From the human T2T-CHM13v2.0 reference genome, Homo sapiens, in assembly GCF_009914755.1 (NCBI RefSeq), contig NC_060931.1: 64,000 nucleotides of DNA; one strand, written 5' to 3'. The notes under the pieces were generated by a model. That model was not told the DNA's origin. It saw nothing but the letters and a program-made list of their open reading frames with translations, and ran no database searches. Shown here piece after piece: positions 50,060 to 63,277 of the stretch; position 1 is the first letter of the stretch, and each line of letters opens with the position of its first letter. The translations under genes were made by a program, and so were the position numbers.

Positions 50060-52605
50060 TGTATTAGTCCATTTTCATGTTGCTGATAAAAACATACCAA
50101 AGACTGAGTAATTTATTAAGAAAAAGAGGTTTAATGGACCCACAGCTCCACATGGCTAGTTAAGCCTCACAGTCATGGTGGAAGGTGAAAAGCATCTTAA
50201 ACAGTGGCAGACAAAAGAGAATGAGAGCCAAGCAAAGGGGAAACCCCTTATAAAACCATCAGACTAATAAATAGATCTAATGAGACTAATTCACTACTAT
50301 GAGGACAGTAGTAGTGAATCACCTTCATTATTCAATTATCTCCAATGTGGTCCCTCCCATGATATGTGTGAATTATGGGAGCTATAATTCAAGATGAGAT
50401 TTGGGTAGGGACACAGCTAAACCATATCATTCTGCCCTAGCCCCTCCCAAATCTCATGTCCTCACATTTCGAAACCAGTCATGTCTTCCCAACAGTCCCC
50501 TAAAGTCTTAACTCATTTCAATATTAATTCAAAAGTCCACAGTCCAAAGTCTCATCTGGGACAAGGCAAGTCCATTCCACCTATGAGCCTGTAAAATCAA
50601 AAGCAAGTTAGTTACTCACAAGATACAATGGGGTTACAAGCATTGGGTAAATATACCCACTGCAAATAGGAGAAATTGGCCACAATTTAACAGGCTACAG
50701 GCTCCATGCAATTCCAAAATCCAGTGAGGCAGCTAAATCTTAAAGCTCTGAAATGATCCCCTTTGACTTCATGTCTCACATCCAGGTCACATTGTTCCAA
50801 GAGGTGGATTCCCTTGGTCTTGGGCAGCTCTGTCCTTGTGGCTTTCCAAGGTATAGCCCTCCCTCCTGGCTGCTTTCACAGGCTGGAGTTGAGTGTCTGT
50901 GGCTTTTCCAGATGCATGGTGCAAGCTGTTGGTGGATCTATCATTCTGGGGTCTGGTGGATAGTGGCCCTCTTCTCACAGCTCCACTAGACAGTGCCCCT
51001 GTGGGGACTCTTTGTAGGGGCTCTGATCCCACATTTCCCTTCCACACTGCTCTAGCAATGGTATTCCATTAGGGTCCCTCCCCTGCAGCAAACTTCTGCC
51101 TGGACATCCAGGCAATTCTGTACATCCTCTGAAATCTAGACAAAGGTTCCCAAAACTCAAGTATTGACTTCTGTGGACCCACAGGCTCAACACCACATGG
51201 AAGATGCCAAGTCTTTGGACTTGCACCCTCTGAAGCCATGGCCCAAGCTATACCTTCACCCCTTGTAAGCCTAGAGCAACTGGGATGCCTAGAGCAACTG
51301 GGATGCAGGGCACTGAGTTCCTAGGCTGCAAACCACAGGGGGGCACTGCCCTGGTCCATGAAATCATTTTTTTTCTCCTAGGCCTCCAGGCCTGTGATGG
51401 AAGGTGCTGCCACAAAGGTCTCTGACATGCCCTGGAGACATTTTCTCCATTGTTTTAGTGATTAACATTTGGCTTCCCATTAGTTATACAAATTTCTGTA
51501 GCTGGTTTGAATTTCTCCTCATGAAATGTGTTTTTCTTTTCTATCACATTATCAGGGTGCAAATTTTCTGAACTTTTTTTTTTTTTTTTGAGACGGAGTC
51601 TTGTTCTGTCACCAGGCTGGCATACAGTGGCAATCTTGGCTCACTGAAACCTCCGACTCCTGGGTCAAGTGATTCTCCTGCCTCAGGCTCTTGAGTAGCT
51701 GGGATTATAGGTGCATGCCACCACACCCAGCTAATTTTTGTATTTTTAGTAGAGATGGGGTTTCACCATGTTGGCCAGGATGGTCTTGATCTCTTGAACT
51801 CATAATCTGCTCACCTCAGCCTCCCAAAGTGCTGGGATTATAGGCATGAGCCACTGTGCCTGACCCCAAAGTCAACTCTTGAATGCTTTGCTGCTTAGAT
51901 ATTTCTTCCACCAGATAACCTAAATCCTCTCCCTCAAGTTCAAAGTTCCACAAATCTCTAGGGCAAAGGCAAAATGCTGCCAGTCTCTTTGCTAAAACAT
52001 AGCAAGAGTCACTTTTACTCCAGTTCCCAACAAGTACCTCATCTTCATCTGAGACCACCTCAGCCTGGATTTAATTGTCCATATCATTATCAGCATTTTG
52101 ATCAAAGCCATTCAACAAGTCTCTAGGAAGTTCCAAACTTTTCTACATTTTCCTGTCTTCTTCTGAGCTCTCCAAACTGTTCCACCCTGTGCCTGTTTCC
52201 TAGTTCTAAATCACTTTCACATTTTCAGGTATCTTTACAGCAGCACCCACTCCTGGTACCAGTTTACTGTATTAGTCCATTTTCATGCTGCTGATAAAGA
52301 CATAACTGAGACTGGGTAGTTTATAAAGAAAAACCATAGCTGGGGAGGCCCCACAATCATGATGGAAGGCAAAAGTTATGTCTTACATGGTGGCAGACAA
52401 GACAGAATGGGAGCCAAGTGAAAGGGGAAACCCCTTATAAAACCATCAAATATTGTGAGACTTATTCACTACCACAAGAACAGTATGCGGGAAACTGGCC
52501 CCATGATTCAGTTATCTCCCACAGGGTACCTCCTACAACACATGGAAATTATTGGAGCTACAATTCAAGATGAGATTTGGGAGGGGAGACAGCCAAATCA
52601 AATCA
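50060..52605 (-). mobile_element. Full-length THE1-family retrotransposon: LTRs 50060-50429 and 52268-52605, with an Alu in the internal region
   Basis: Two reverse LTRs; internal sequence is the reverse complement of that in 47702-49265; perfect TSD GTTCT (50055-50059, 52606-52610). Confidence 0.95.
51574..51865 (-). mobile_element. Alu (AluS-like) nested in THE1 internal region, no TSD
   Basis: Poly-T followed by a reverse Alu dimer ending gccactgtgcctgacc. Confidence 0.93.
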
Positions 52606-54440
52606 GTTCTATAGCTATTTTACTTGTGATTTTAGGTTGTTAAATTGAGATCTTTCTAACATTTTAATGTGGGCATTTAGTACTACAAGTTTCCCTTTTA
52701 ACGCTGCCTTAGCTGTGTCCCATAGATTCTGGTATGTTGCATGTCTTGTCTCACTAGTTTCAGAGAACTTCTTGATTTCTTTCTTAATCTCATTATGTAC
52801 TCAAAAGTCATTCAGGGACAGTTTATTGAATCCCAAGTAATTGTACGGTTTTGAGTGAATTTCTTAGTCTTGATTTCTACTTTTATTTTGCTGTGGTCTA
52901 AGAGAGTGGGTGTTATTTCAGTTCTTTTGCATTTGCTGAGGAGCATTTTGTCTGATTATGTGTTCTATTTTAGAGTATGTTCCCTGTGGTGAGGAGAAGA
53001 ATGTATATTCTGCTGTTTTGCGGTGGAGAATTCTGTAGATGTCTATCAGGTTCATTTGAACCAGTGCTGAGTTCAAGTCCTAAATATCTTTGTTAATTTT
53101 CTGCCTTGATCTGTCTAGTACTGTCACTGGAATGTTGAAGTCTCCCACTACTGTGTGGGAGTCTAAGTCTTTGAAGGTTTCTATGAACTTGCTTTATAAA
53201 CGTGGGTGCTCCTGTGTTGTATCCATATATATTTAAGATAGTTAGTTCTTCTTGTTGAGTTGAACCATTTACCATTATGTAACAGCCTTCTTTTTTTAAA
53301 TTCTTGTTGGTTTAAAGTCTATTTTGTCTGAAATTAGGATTGCAACCCATGCTTTTTTCTGTTTTCCATTTGCTTGGTAGATTTTTTTTTCATACCTTTA
53401 TTTTGAGCCTACACATGTCACTGCGTGTGAGATGGGTTTCTTGATGACAGCATACCAATGGATCTTGGTTCTTCATCCAGCCTGTCACTCCATGCCTTTT
53501 AATTAGGGGCATTTAGCACATTTAAATTCAAGGTTAGTATTGATATGTGTGGATTTGATACTGTCATCATGATGTTATTTGGTTATTATGCAGACTTGTG
53601 TGTTGCTTTAGTGTCACTGGTCTGTGTACTTAAATGTGTTCTTGTAGTGGCTGCTAATGGTTTTTCCTTTCTATATTGAGTGCTTTCTTCAGAACTGCTT
53701 ATAAGGCAGGTCTGGTGGTAACAAATTCCCTCAGCATTGTATTGTCTGAAAACAATCTTATTTATCCTTTGCTTATGAAGCTTAGTTTGGCTGGATATGA
53801 AGTTAGTCATTGGAATTTCTTTTCTTTAAGAATGTTGAATACTGGCCCCCAGTCTCTTCTGGCTTGTAGGGTTTCTGCTGGCAGGTCTTCTGTTAGACTG
53901 ATGGGCTTCCCTTTGTAGGTAAACTGACCTTTCTCTGTAGCTGCTTTTACCATTTTTTCTTTCATTTTGACCTTAGAGAATCTGATGATTATGTGTCTTC
54001 TGGATGGCCTCCTTAGGAAGGGTGTTATTGGGTTTTTCTGCATTTCCTTAATTAGAATGTTGGCCTCTCTAACTAAGTTGGAGAAGTTCTCTTGGATAAT
54101 ATACTGAAATGTATTTTCCAAATTGGTTTCATTCTCCCCATCTCTTTCAGGGACATCAATGAGTCATAGATTTGGTCTGTTTACATAATCACCTATTTCT
54201 TGGAGGTTTTGTTTGTTCCTTTTTATTCTTTTTTCTCTATTCTTGTCTGGCTGTCTTATTTTAGGAAGCCAGTCTTTAAGTTCTGAGATTCTTTTCTCAG
54301 TGTTCTCTGTTCTATTATTAATACTTGCATTATGAAATTCTTGTAATGTGTTCATCAGCTCTGTCGGATCAGTTACATTCTTTTTTTTGTCAGCTCCTGT
54401 ATCATTTTTTCATGATTCTTGGCTTCCTTGGAATGTGTTC

Positions 54441-54806
54441 TGTATTAGTCTGCTCTCACACTGCTATAAAGATACTACATGAGACTAGGTAATTTATAAG
54501 GAAAAGAGGTTTAATTGACTTACAGTTTCACATGGTTAAGGAGGCCTCAGGAAACTTACAATCATGGCAGAAGGCAAAGCAGAAGCAAAGAACATCTTAT
54601 ATGGCAGCAGGAGAGAGAGAGCACACAGGGGAAACTGACACTTTTAAAACCATCAGATCTCATGAGAACTCCCACACTATCATGAGAACAGCATAGGGGA
54701 AACTGTCTCCATGTTCCAATCACCTCCCACCAGGTCCCTCTCTTGACACATGGGAATTGCAATTCAAGATGATATTTGAGTGGAGACACAGAGCCAAACC
54801 ATATCA
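54441..54806 (-). mobile_element. MST-type (MaLR) solo LTR nested in L1 ORF1
   Basis: TGTATTAGTC...GCCAAACCATATCA termini and 'gaggcctcaggaaacttacaatcatggcagaaggc'. Confidence 0.88.
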
Positions 54807-56662
54807 GGTTTCAACATACTTCTGGATCTCAATGTCTTCATTCCTATCTATATTCTGAATTCCATCTGTCATTTCAGACATCTCAGCCCAGTTCAGAACC
54901 CTTGCTAAAGAGGTAGTGTGGTCATTTAGAGGAAAGAATGCAGTCTGCTTTTTGAGTTTTCAGAGTTCTTGTACTGGCTCATTCTCATCTTTGTGGGCTG
55001 ATGTTCCTTCTATCTTTGAAGTTGCTGTCCTTTGGATTTTTTTTTTCATTTTATCCTATTTGATGATCTTGAGAGTTTGATTGTGGTATAAGGTGGGTTC
55101 AGTTGACTGGCTTTGTTTCTGGAAGATTTTAGGGACCAAGATTCAGATCCCATCTCCTGGGCTGCATGCTTTAACTCTGAAGGACTTGTAACAGGCCCAA
55201 CTTCCTTCTCCATCTCCTTGAGGTTAGGAACCCTCTGCACCAGTGGAGCCAAGGTGCTCCTGGACCACTGGCCACTACCCTCTGATGGGTGCCATCCAGC
55301 CAAAGTGTTTCATAGGGTGGTGGCAGCAGGATCTGTCCTCATTCACATGTGCCAGCCTCAGCAGTGGCAACACAGCAAGGTACATGCTCATCAGCTGTGG
55401 CAGGGTGCTAGCAGGTGCTGCGGTGCCTTCCTCCATGCCTGCATTCACAGCAGCAATGGAGATAGCATGGCTCTCATGGTCCCCACTGGTAACTTTGCAC
55501 ATAGTCACACTGGTGGTGGTGTTAGCACAGGGGCAGAGCAGTGGCAGATGCAGGCCTGTGTGTGCCCTCTCTGTGCATTAATGCAGTTGGGGGTGGCCAC
55601 TCAGGGTGAGAGAGTGTCTGCTGTTCTCCAGTGCCTAGTTTCACCCTGGTGGCAGTGTTGGTACAGGGGTGGGGCACTGGTGGGCGTGAGGTGCTCGTGG
55701 GGGTGGGGCTGTCAGGCTCTGTGCCCACCAAGGCTCCAAGTGCAATGGCAGTACAGCAGGAAAGGAGGGACAGAGTGCATTTCCACTGGCAGCAGTGGCA
55801 AGGCAGGGTGCATGCACATACATGTGCTGGCAGGGCTGGGAAGGCAAAATTTGTGTGTGCACACACACCAGCAAAGTGATGTGGGGGTGGCCATGGGCCC
55901 CCAAGGAAGCTGCAGTTGGGGAGGGAGCAGGCAGGCTGGTGCATGACCCTGTAGGCTGGCTGCCCTGCTGGAGCTGTCTGCTGGTCAGGCATGGTCTGCC
56001 AGCCTAGGAGCTATGAATGGGCCCCCAGGGCACCTGAGGATGCAATGCAAGCAGGCATGGACAGGCTGGGGCCCTGGAAGAGGCCAGCACACCAAGGATT
56101 GCTCAGGTAGGACTGGCGTCGTCTGATGAGCAAGACTGCCCTGCAGAGCTTAGGTCTGACAGTCTCCCCAGGACTGAAGTCTGCTATGGGTGCAAGTGGA
56201 GCCTAGGGGGATGGGAATTCCTGCCCATGCTTCATTACAGATGCTCTCACACCAAACCCTTGGGGCTCTGCATTGGCTGATGTGCTACCCCTAAGACTTC
56301 TCTAAGCAGCTTTCCCTGCCAACTCAAGTGTCCATGGTGGTCAAGGGGTGTCCTCTTTCCAGGATTCCAGAGTTCTATAATGAGAGCAGGTTGCTCCTTG
56401 CCAGTTCAACTCACCTATTCCGCCAGAGTCTGTGGGGGCCAGGTAGGAGTCTCGGTGCAAGGTAGCCTCTTGCAGGGTTCCCAGCTTCCTCCCCTTCAGC
56501 CCAGCTTCTGTGTCTTCCCTCCCTGCACTCTCAGTGCCTTCCCTCTGCAGATCTGTTAGGAGTGCACCAGTAGTCCCAGTCCCTTAGTGGCAGCTGTTCC
56601 ACCTGGCTGCCTCTAGTTGGCCATGTTGTTCCAGTGTATGTCATATTTTTTATACACAATAC

Positions 56663-56969
56663 TTATTATTATTATTATTATTATTTTTGAGATGGAGTCT
56701 TGCACTGTCACCCAGGCTGGAGTGCAGTGGTGCAATCTCAGCTCACTGCAAGCTCCACCTCCTGGGTTCATACCATTCTCCTGCCTCAGTCTCCTGAGTA
56801 GCTGGGACTACGGGCACCTGCCACCACACCCGGCTAATTTTTTGTACTTTCAGTAGAGACGGGGTTTCACTGTGTTAGCCAGGATAGTCTTGATCTCCTG
56901 ACCTCGTGATCCGCCCGCCTCAGTCTCCCAAAGTGCTGGGATTACAGGCATGAGCCACTGCGCCCGGCC
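56663..56969 (-). mobile_element. Alu (AluY-like) with (TTA)n tail
   Basis: Diagnostic 'gcaagctcc...ccattctcctgcctc' and 'tgtgttagccagg'; TSD TATACACAATA (56651-56661, 56970-56980). Confidence 0.95.
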
Positions 56970-57186
56970 TATACACAATATTTATTTCATTAAACATTTA
57001 GCTGGAAGTTTAGCAAGTGGTCAGGAATGCGGGGTTTTTTTTTCTTTTTTTCTTTCTTTCTTTCTTCTAACTTTTATTTTTGGTTCAAGGGTCCAGGTTT
57101 GTTTTATAGGTAAGTTGTGTGTCATGGGGATTTGGTGTACAGATTGTTTCATCACCCAGATAATAAGCATAATACCTGATAGGTAG

Positions 57187-57510
57187 TTTTTTTGTGTTTG
57201 TTTGATTGTTTGTTTGTTTGTTTGTTTTGAGATGGAGTCTCACTCTGTTACCCAGGCTGGAGTGCAGTGGCACAATCTTGGCTCACTGCAACCTCCACCT
57301 CCCGGGTTCAAGTGATTCTCTGCCTCAGCCTCCAAGTAGCTGGGACTACAGGCATCTGTCACCATACCCGACTAATTTTTTTTTTATTATTTTTAGTAGA
57401 GATGGGGTTTCACTATGTTGGCCAGGCTGTTCTCGAACTCCTGACCTCATGATCTGCCCACCTTGGCCTCCCAAAGTGCTAGATTACAGGCGTGAGCCAC
57501 CATGCCCAGC
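57187..57510 (-). mobile_element. Alu with (TTTG)n tail
   Basis: Reverse dimer; TSD GTAGTTTTT. Confidence 0.93.
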
Positions 57511-57620
57511 AGTAGTTTTTAGATTCCCTCTCTCCTCCTACCCTCCACCCTCAAGCAGGCACCAGTGTCCGTTGTTCCCTTCTTTGTGTCCATGTGTACT
57601 CAATGTTTAGCTCCCACTTA

Positions 57621-57940
<320 letters not shown>

Positions 57941-60939
57941 AAGTGAGAACATGCAGTATTTGGTTTTCTGTTCCTGCCTTAGTTCACTTAGGATTATGGC
58001 CTCTAGCTCCATCCATGTTTCTGCAAATGGCACGATCTTGTTCTTTTTTATGGCTCCTTGGCATAGAATCTGGGTTTTAGAATAAGAGACCTGATTCAAA
58101 TGCCTGTTCTTTTTCTTATAAGCTGTTTGATCTTGAGCAGGATATTAAACCACTCTGTGCCTTATCTTTCATTCTATGAATGAAGCACAATAATGCCTAA
58201 CTCATTTGATCACTGGGAGGATTAAACTAGTGCAATTGTCAATAGTGACAAGTTTATTATAAGCAGTAAAAGTGGCATATATTATTATTGTTATTCTTGC
58301 TGATAATATTGCAGTATTGATGACTGTATTAACATACTTCTAATATTGAGAGACAATATAGCTGTGGGGTTCAGAACACAGTGTCACGGTGTCTGAAGAG
58401 TCATTGCATAAGCTCAAATCCTGCTTCTTCTATTTATTAGCTGAATGACCATAGGTAATTATTCACTTTTCCTCTGCTTTTATTCCCCCAACCATAAAAT
58501 AAGAAGACTAATAGTTACTACCTCAAAAGGATGCTACAGGGATCAAATGAGTTAATAGAAAGCTTTGAAACAATAAAAATATCTGTATCAGTCAAAATTA
58601 CACAGTTAAAAATTTACAAGGGAAAAGATTACTTAAAATCCCGTTATCTAGTATAGCCATTACGTTATTTTTCTTTCTGAAACTTCCATGACAAAAAAAA
58701 TATCTATTTTGTGCAACATTGTATCCCCATAAATCCCATAGTGTGTAAATGAATGAATGGATGGTGTGGATAAATGGATGCATCCATGGATCAATAGATC
58801 GATGACTGCATAGATGGATGGGTAAATGGATAGATACCAGGCAGAATGAATGAATTTAACATAAGCCCTCATCTTCCTAGCAGTCTATTAATGATACCTT
58901 TTCTTGCTATTTCTGTACTTCTACAATATAGTAAAAATCAATGTTCAACAATATAAGATCTTGAAGTACCTTCTAAATCATTACAAAATGGTTATTCATG
59001 TGTGGTATACGTGGCAATTCTCCATCTCCAAAGCATTTTTTAAACAGAAATCTCTATTCTTTGTTTAGATCAGATATTTTCCATACTAAAGAGAGTAAAT
59101 CCCAATGCATGATATTGATGACCCTCCACATGTGTATACCCAAAAAAGAGCAGAAGAATTGCTTAGTTGTTTTGGATTTGCTTTATACTACTCTATTTTA
59201 GAGGCATATGTTTTCTTTAGACTGTCACCATTAGTACAGATTGCTAAAAGACTTTTGCCTTCTTCACTAGACCAATTATGTAACTTCTTCACTATGTACT
59301 TTTCCACTAGTCCATGTTAGTCCTTCCTGTTGTCATAGAATTCAATAAATGGTTCAAAATAGGATGAAACAACATAAGACATGGAAGAAAACAAAATTTG
59401 ATTGTGAAAAATTAAGAGTTACTGGGATTTTATTATGGGGTCCTACATAAATCAGCATACAAAAATTTTCATTTTTTCCAACCTGTTTATAGGGTAGTAT
59501 TGTAAGATATGTGACTTATTTTTTTATGGATCTTCTGTCATTTGGGTTACTTAATATAGGTAAAAATTCAGCAATAAGTATGAATTTCTCCAAAAGTTTC
59601 AAAGATTATGCATATGCTTTATGCAGTACTTGGCACAGTTTGGGTGATAATGAATCTTTATGTCTCTGCAACAATTTAAAGAATTGACTGAATTTAGCAT
59701 GCAGGGTAGGATGCTTAATAATGTTTAATAATATAAAAAAGCCAGAAAAATTAGCTAGTTGTCTAAATGTTATATTTCACTAGTTTGCCAGGCCAGGAGT
59801 TTGTAATCTAGCATATGCACACCCTGCAGAGTCTGTAGATGGAAAAAAAAGGGTCCAAAATATTATCTAAAATTGTATATTGTTTGTGCATGTCCACATT
59901 TCACTATGTAGAGTATATGAAATTCTTGGCCCAGGTACCTGAATCAAAAATTTAGGAATGTCTCTGTATAATTTTTTCAAATTGTTTGTATGCTTTAAAT
60001 TTTTATAATAAAATGATAGAAAATAAAAAATTAGAATCTGCAGATGATGATGATTATTATTGATATATAAAAATCATTATTTAACAATCAGGAGGAGTTG
60101 GTCCTATGAATTAAAAGTAAAGTGTATGCCAGTATGTACCTTTTATGCATCTAAAGTTATTGTTCAGCTAAAATTAAATCAGTATCCGTTATTAAATTAT
60201 CTTTGCTATGTAATATGAAGGCATATACATATTATGTATATATAATCTGAATATTCAGGTGAGAAATAAATAGTAAATTCCTTAATTTTTTAAGGTACTT
60301 CCTCGTACAGTGAATAGATATATTTAGCATCCTTCTAAATTTTCCTATGGCAAATCATCTTTTACCACTATAGCAGTCAACTATCTTTAGATTATTTTGG
60401 ATTTTTCTTAAGAATAGAAAGAAAAAAAACCCTAGGCATAATCTCTTTCTTAGCCCAGTAGCTGAGTCATATATATTTTTAAATCATGTAACAAAAGTTG
60501 TCAAAAATAGAAGGAAGTGAGGAATATATGTTCCTTCAAGTGGAATCAGTTTGAAAGTTTAAGTGATTTGTTCACTGATGAACAGTGTTTGGCAAATTAT
60601 GTGGTATAACCCATTTGGGAACTTATATTATGTGGAATTATACAACTTAAGTTATATAGTCTTAGAGTCGAAAAGCTGCTTGGAAGTCATTTTGTCCAAC
60701 CTTCACATTTTAAAGCCTCCCCATAAGATATGTTAACAGGAATGCTTCAGCTTGTGTACATCCAATGATAACAAATTCACTGCTGCATACAGCAACACCT
60801 TTCATTTTTGAAAAACTTTAATTAAAACTTCTTTCTAATTTTGTGCCACAACATAATGCGTATTAGTTTTTGTGTTTTATTTTTATTTTTGTTTTAGAAG
60901 CAGCATTTGATATTCTCATAAGAATGTATTGTGTCAACC

Positions 60940-62860
60940 AAAGTCTTCATAAAAATTTATTGTAACTGCTGCAAAATGTTTAAGTATTACTTTCATACAG
61001 AACAATTCACAACCCATAAATATACAGCTCAGTGAATTTTTCAAAAGTAAACTTAGTTATATAACCCTCAACTAGTTCAAAAAAGAGATCATCGGCACTT
61101 CAGCCAGAAATTCATTTTATGTCTATTCCTAATAGGTGCCCCTTAAAGTGCACCACTGTCCTAACTTCTATCATTGGTAGAAAAATACTGATTAGTATTG
61201 CAGGTTTTGAACTTCATATAAATAGAGCCAAACTCTTCAGTGTCTAGCTTTTCTCCCTAATATACTATGTTTGTGAGATTCACCTATTTTTCTTGATGTA
61301 TAATATTCTATTTTATAAATAGCTCATAATAAACATTATGGTTTGTTTCTAGGTTTGAACCTCTAAAGATGGTTCTCTGAACATTCTTGCATATGTCATT
61401 TAATGCACAAGTATACACATTTCCATTAGGTATATGCTTTAGTAGATACTGTCAAACAGTTTTCTAAAGTGGTGGGACAAATTTTCACTCCCCAACAGCA
61501 ATGTGTAAGAATTTGAGTTGCACCATATCCTTGCAAACACTTGATATTGTCAATATTTTTGCTTGTCACTCTGGTCGTTTTACAGTGGTATCCTTTGTTT
61601 CTCATTTGAGTTTTCCTAATGTCTAATAAATTTGAGCACCTTTTTTTTTTTTTTGGCCATTTGGATCTTTTGCTTTTTTAAAGTGAAGTTCAAGTCAGGC
61701 AGATGGACACAAATATATGTGATATGCATCCTCTTTCACAAAGACATGTGTACATGTCTATATGTGATTATTTCTCCAATTATGTGACTTGTCTTTCCAA
61801 TCTGAATGGTGTTTTTTGATGAATAGAACTTATTTTAAATGGAGTCCACTTGCTAGTTCTTTATGTAAATCCTTTAAAATTTTTCTTTCACATTTAGATC
61901 TATAGTCCATGTGGAATTAATCTGAAGGTATGATATGAAGTAGGAGAATCAAGATATATTATTGTTGCATAAGGATATCCAATTTATCCAACAGCATTTA
62001 ATGAAAAGATTACTCTTTTTCAATATACTGTGGTGTCACCTTTATAATAAAATTAATGACCATATGTGTGGAGATCTGTTTTTGTAGACTATAATCTACA
62101 GTCTGAACAACTGGTTTATTTTATTATTTTATGCTAGGATTATATTTTTCATTACTGAGATTTTATTATAAGCCTTAACATCCTGCAAAGTAAATTCCAG
62201 GTTCATTATCCTTCCCAATTTTCTTGGCCCTTTGCAATTCCATTTAAATTTTAGAATCAGCTTAATTTCTCCCAAAAACACTGCTAGGATTTTATTTAGA
62301 ATACATTGAGCCTATAGAATATTTGAAGAGAATTTGAAAATAATTGACATTTTTACATTATTGACCTTTCCAGTTGGTAAACATTGTGTAGCCCTTCATA
62401 TTCTAGCTTTTTAAAATTTATCTCAATAATATTTGGTAGATTGCATTGAGCGGCCCTTGCACATCTATCATTAGATTAATTCTCTGGTATTTTATTTGTT
62501 ATGCTAGTATAAACAGTGTCCTTTGAAACATATCATTTTCAAAGTTTCCTTTTGTTTCTATATAGAAATACAATTGATTTTTCCATACTGATTTTGAATC
62601 TAATGATCTTACTAAGTTTATTAATTATAGTTTATTTACAGTTTATTTTGCATTTTATGTGTACAATATCATGTCTTTTGTGAATAATTATAGTTCATTT
62701 CCCAATTTCTCATCTGTATATCTTTTGTGTTATTTTACTGCTTTATTGCACTGGCAAAAAGTTATAATGCAATATTCAATAGTAGTTCCTATAAATAGCA
62801 TCCTTGTTTAAGTTCTCACCTGGTAAAAAGATTTTAGTATTTTATCATTAAGTATAGCAT
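60940..62860 (-). mobile_element. Old L1M fragment
   Basis: Reverse L1M 3' motifs: 'tatacagctcagtgaattttt', 'gatactgtcaaacagttttctaaagtggt', 'aattttagaatcagctt'. Boundaries approximate. Confidence 0.7.
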
Positions 62861-62864
62861 TTAA

Positions 62865-63270
62865 TTCTGAATAAACTGGATATCCACATGCAAAATAATT
62901 AAGTTGTTCCCACCTCCCACCATATATAAAAATTAACCTAAAATGGAATAAAAGATGTAAATGTAGGAGCTAAAACTATAAAACTTATAGACAGAAATAT
63001 AGGCATAAATCTTCACAAGTTTGGAGTAGACAATACTTACTTATCTAGGTCTCCAAAATTACAAGTGATTAAGAAAATGAACTTCATCAGAATTAAAAAC
63101 CTTTGTGCTGCAAAGGACATTATCAAGAAAGTTAAAAGACCACCTACAGAAAATGATAAAATATTTGTTAATAATATATTTGATAAAGGACTCATAAATA
63201 GAATCTATACTGTTTAAAACTCATCAGAATAAAAAATCAAATAACCCAGTTCGAAAATGGGCAGAAGCTT
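62865..63270 (+). mobile_element. L1 ORF2 fragment
   Basis: 'aactggatatccacatgcaaaa...gagctaaaactataaaact...aaaggacattatcaagaaagt...aacccagttcgaaaatgggca'. Confidence 0.8.
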
Positions 63271-63277
63271 TTTTTTT

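Larger units (their letters stand above)
44509..56632 (-). mobile_element. Apparently full-length old primate L1 (L1PA13-16-like), disrupted by nested insertions
   Basis: 3' end and poly-T at 44509. Broken ORF2 fragments (44725-45138, RT motif LFADD in 46562-46936, endonuclease in 53093-53275) and ORF1 fragments (53807-54355). GC-rich 5' UTR ending ...ctagttggccatgttg (YY1-site-like). Length minus inserts is ~6.7 kb. Possible TSD GCATATGTC (44500-44508) / GTGTATGTC (56634-56642). Confidence 0.88.

Noticed and set aside
44725-54355. RT-, endonuclease- and ORF1-like peptides
   Set aside because: Fragments of the dead L1 with multiple stops, frameshifts and insertions; not an active or novel element.
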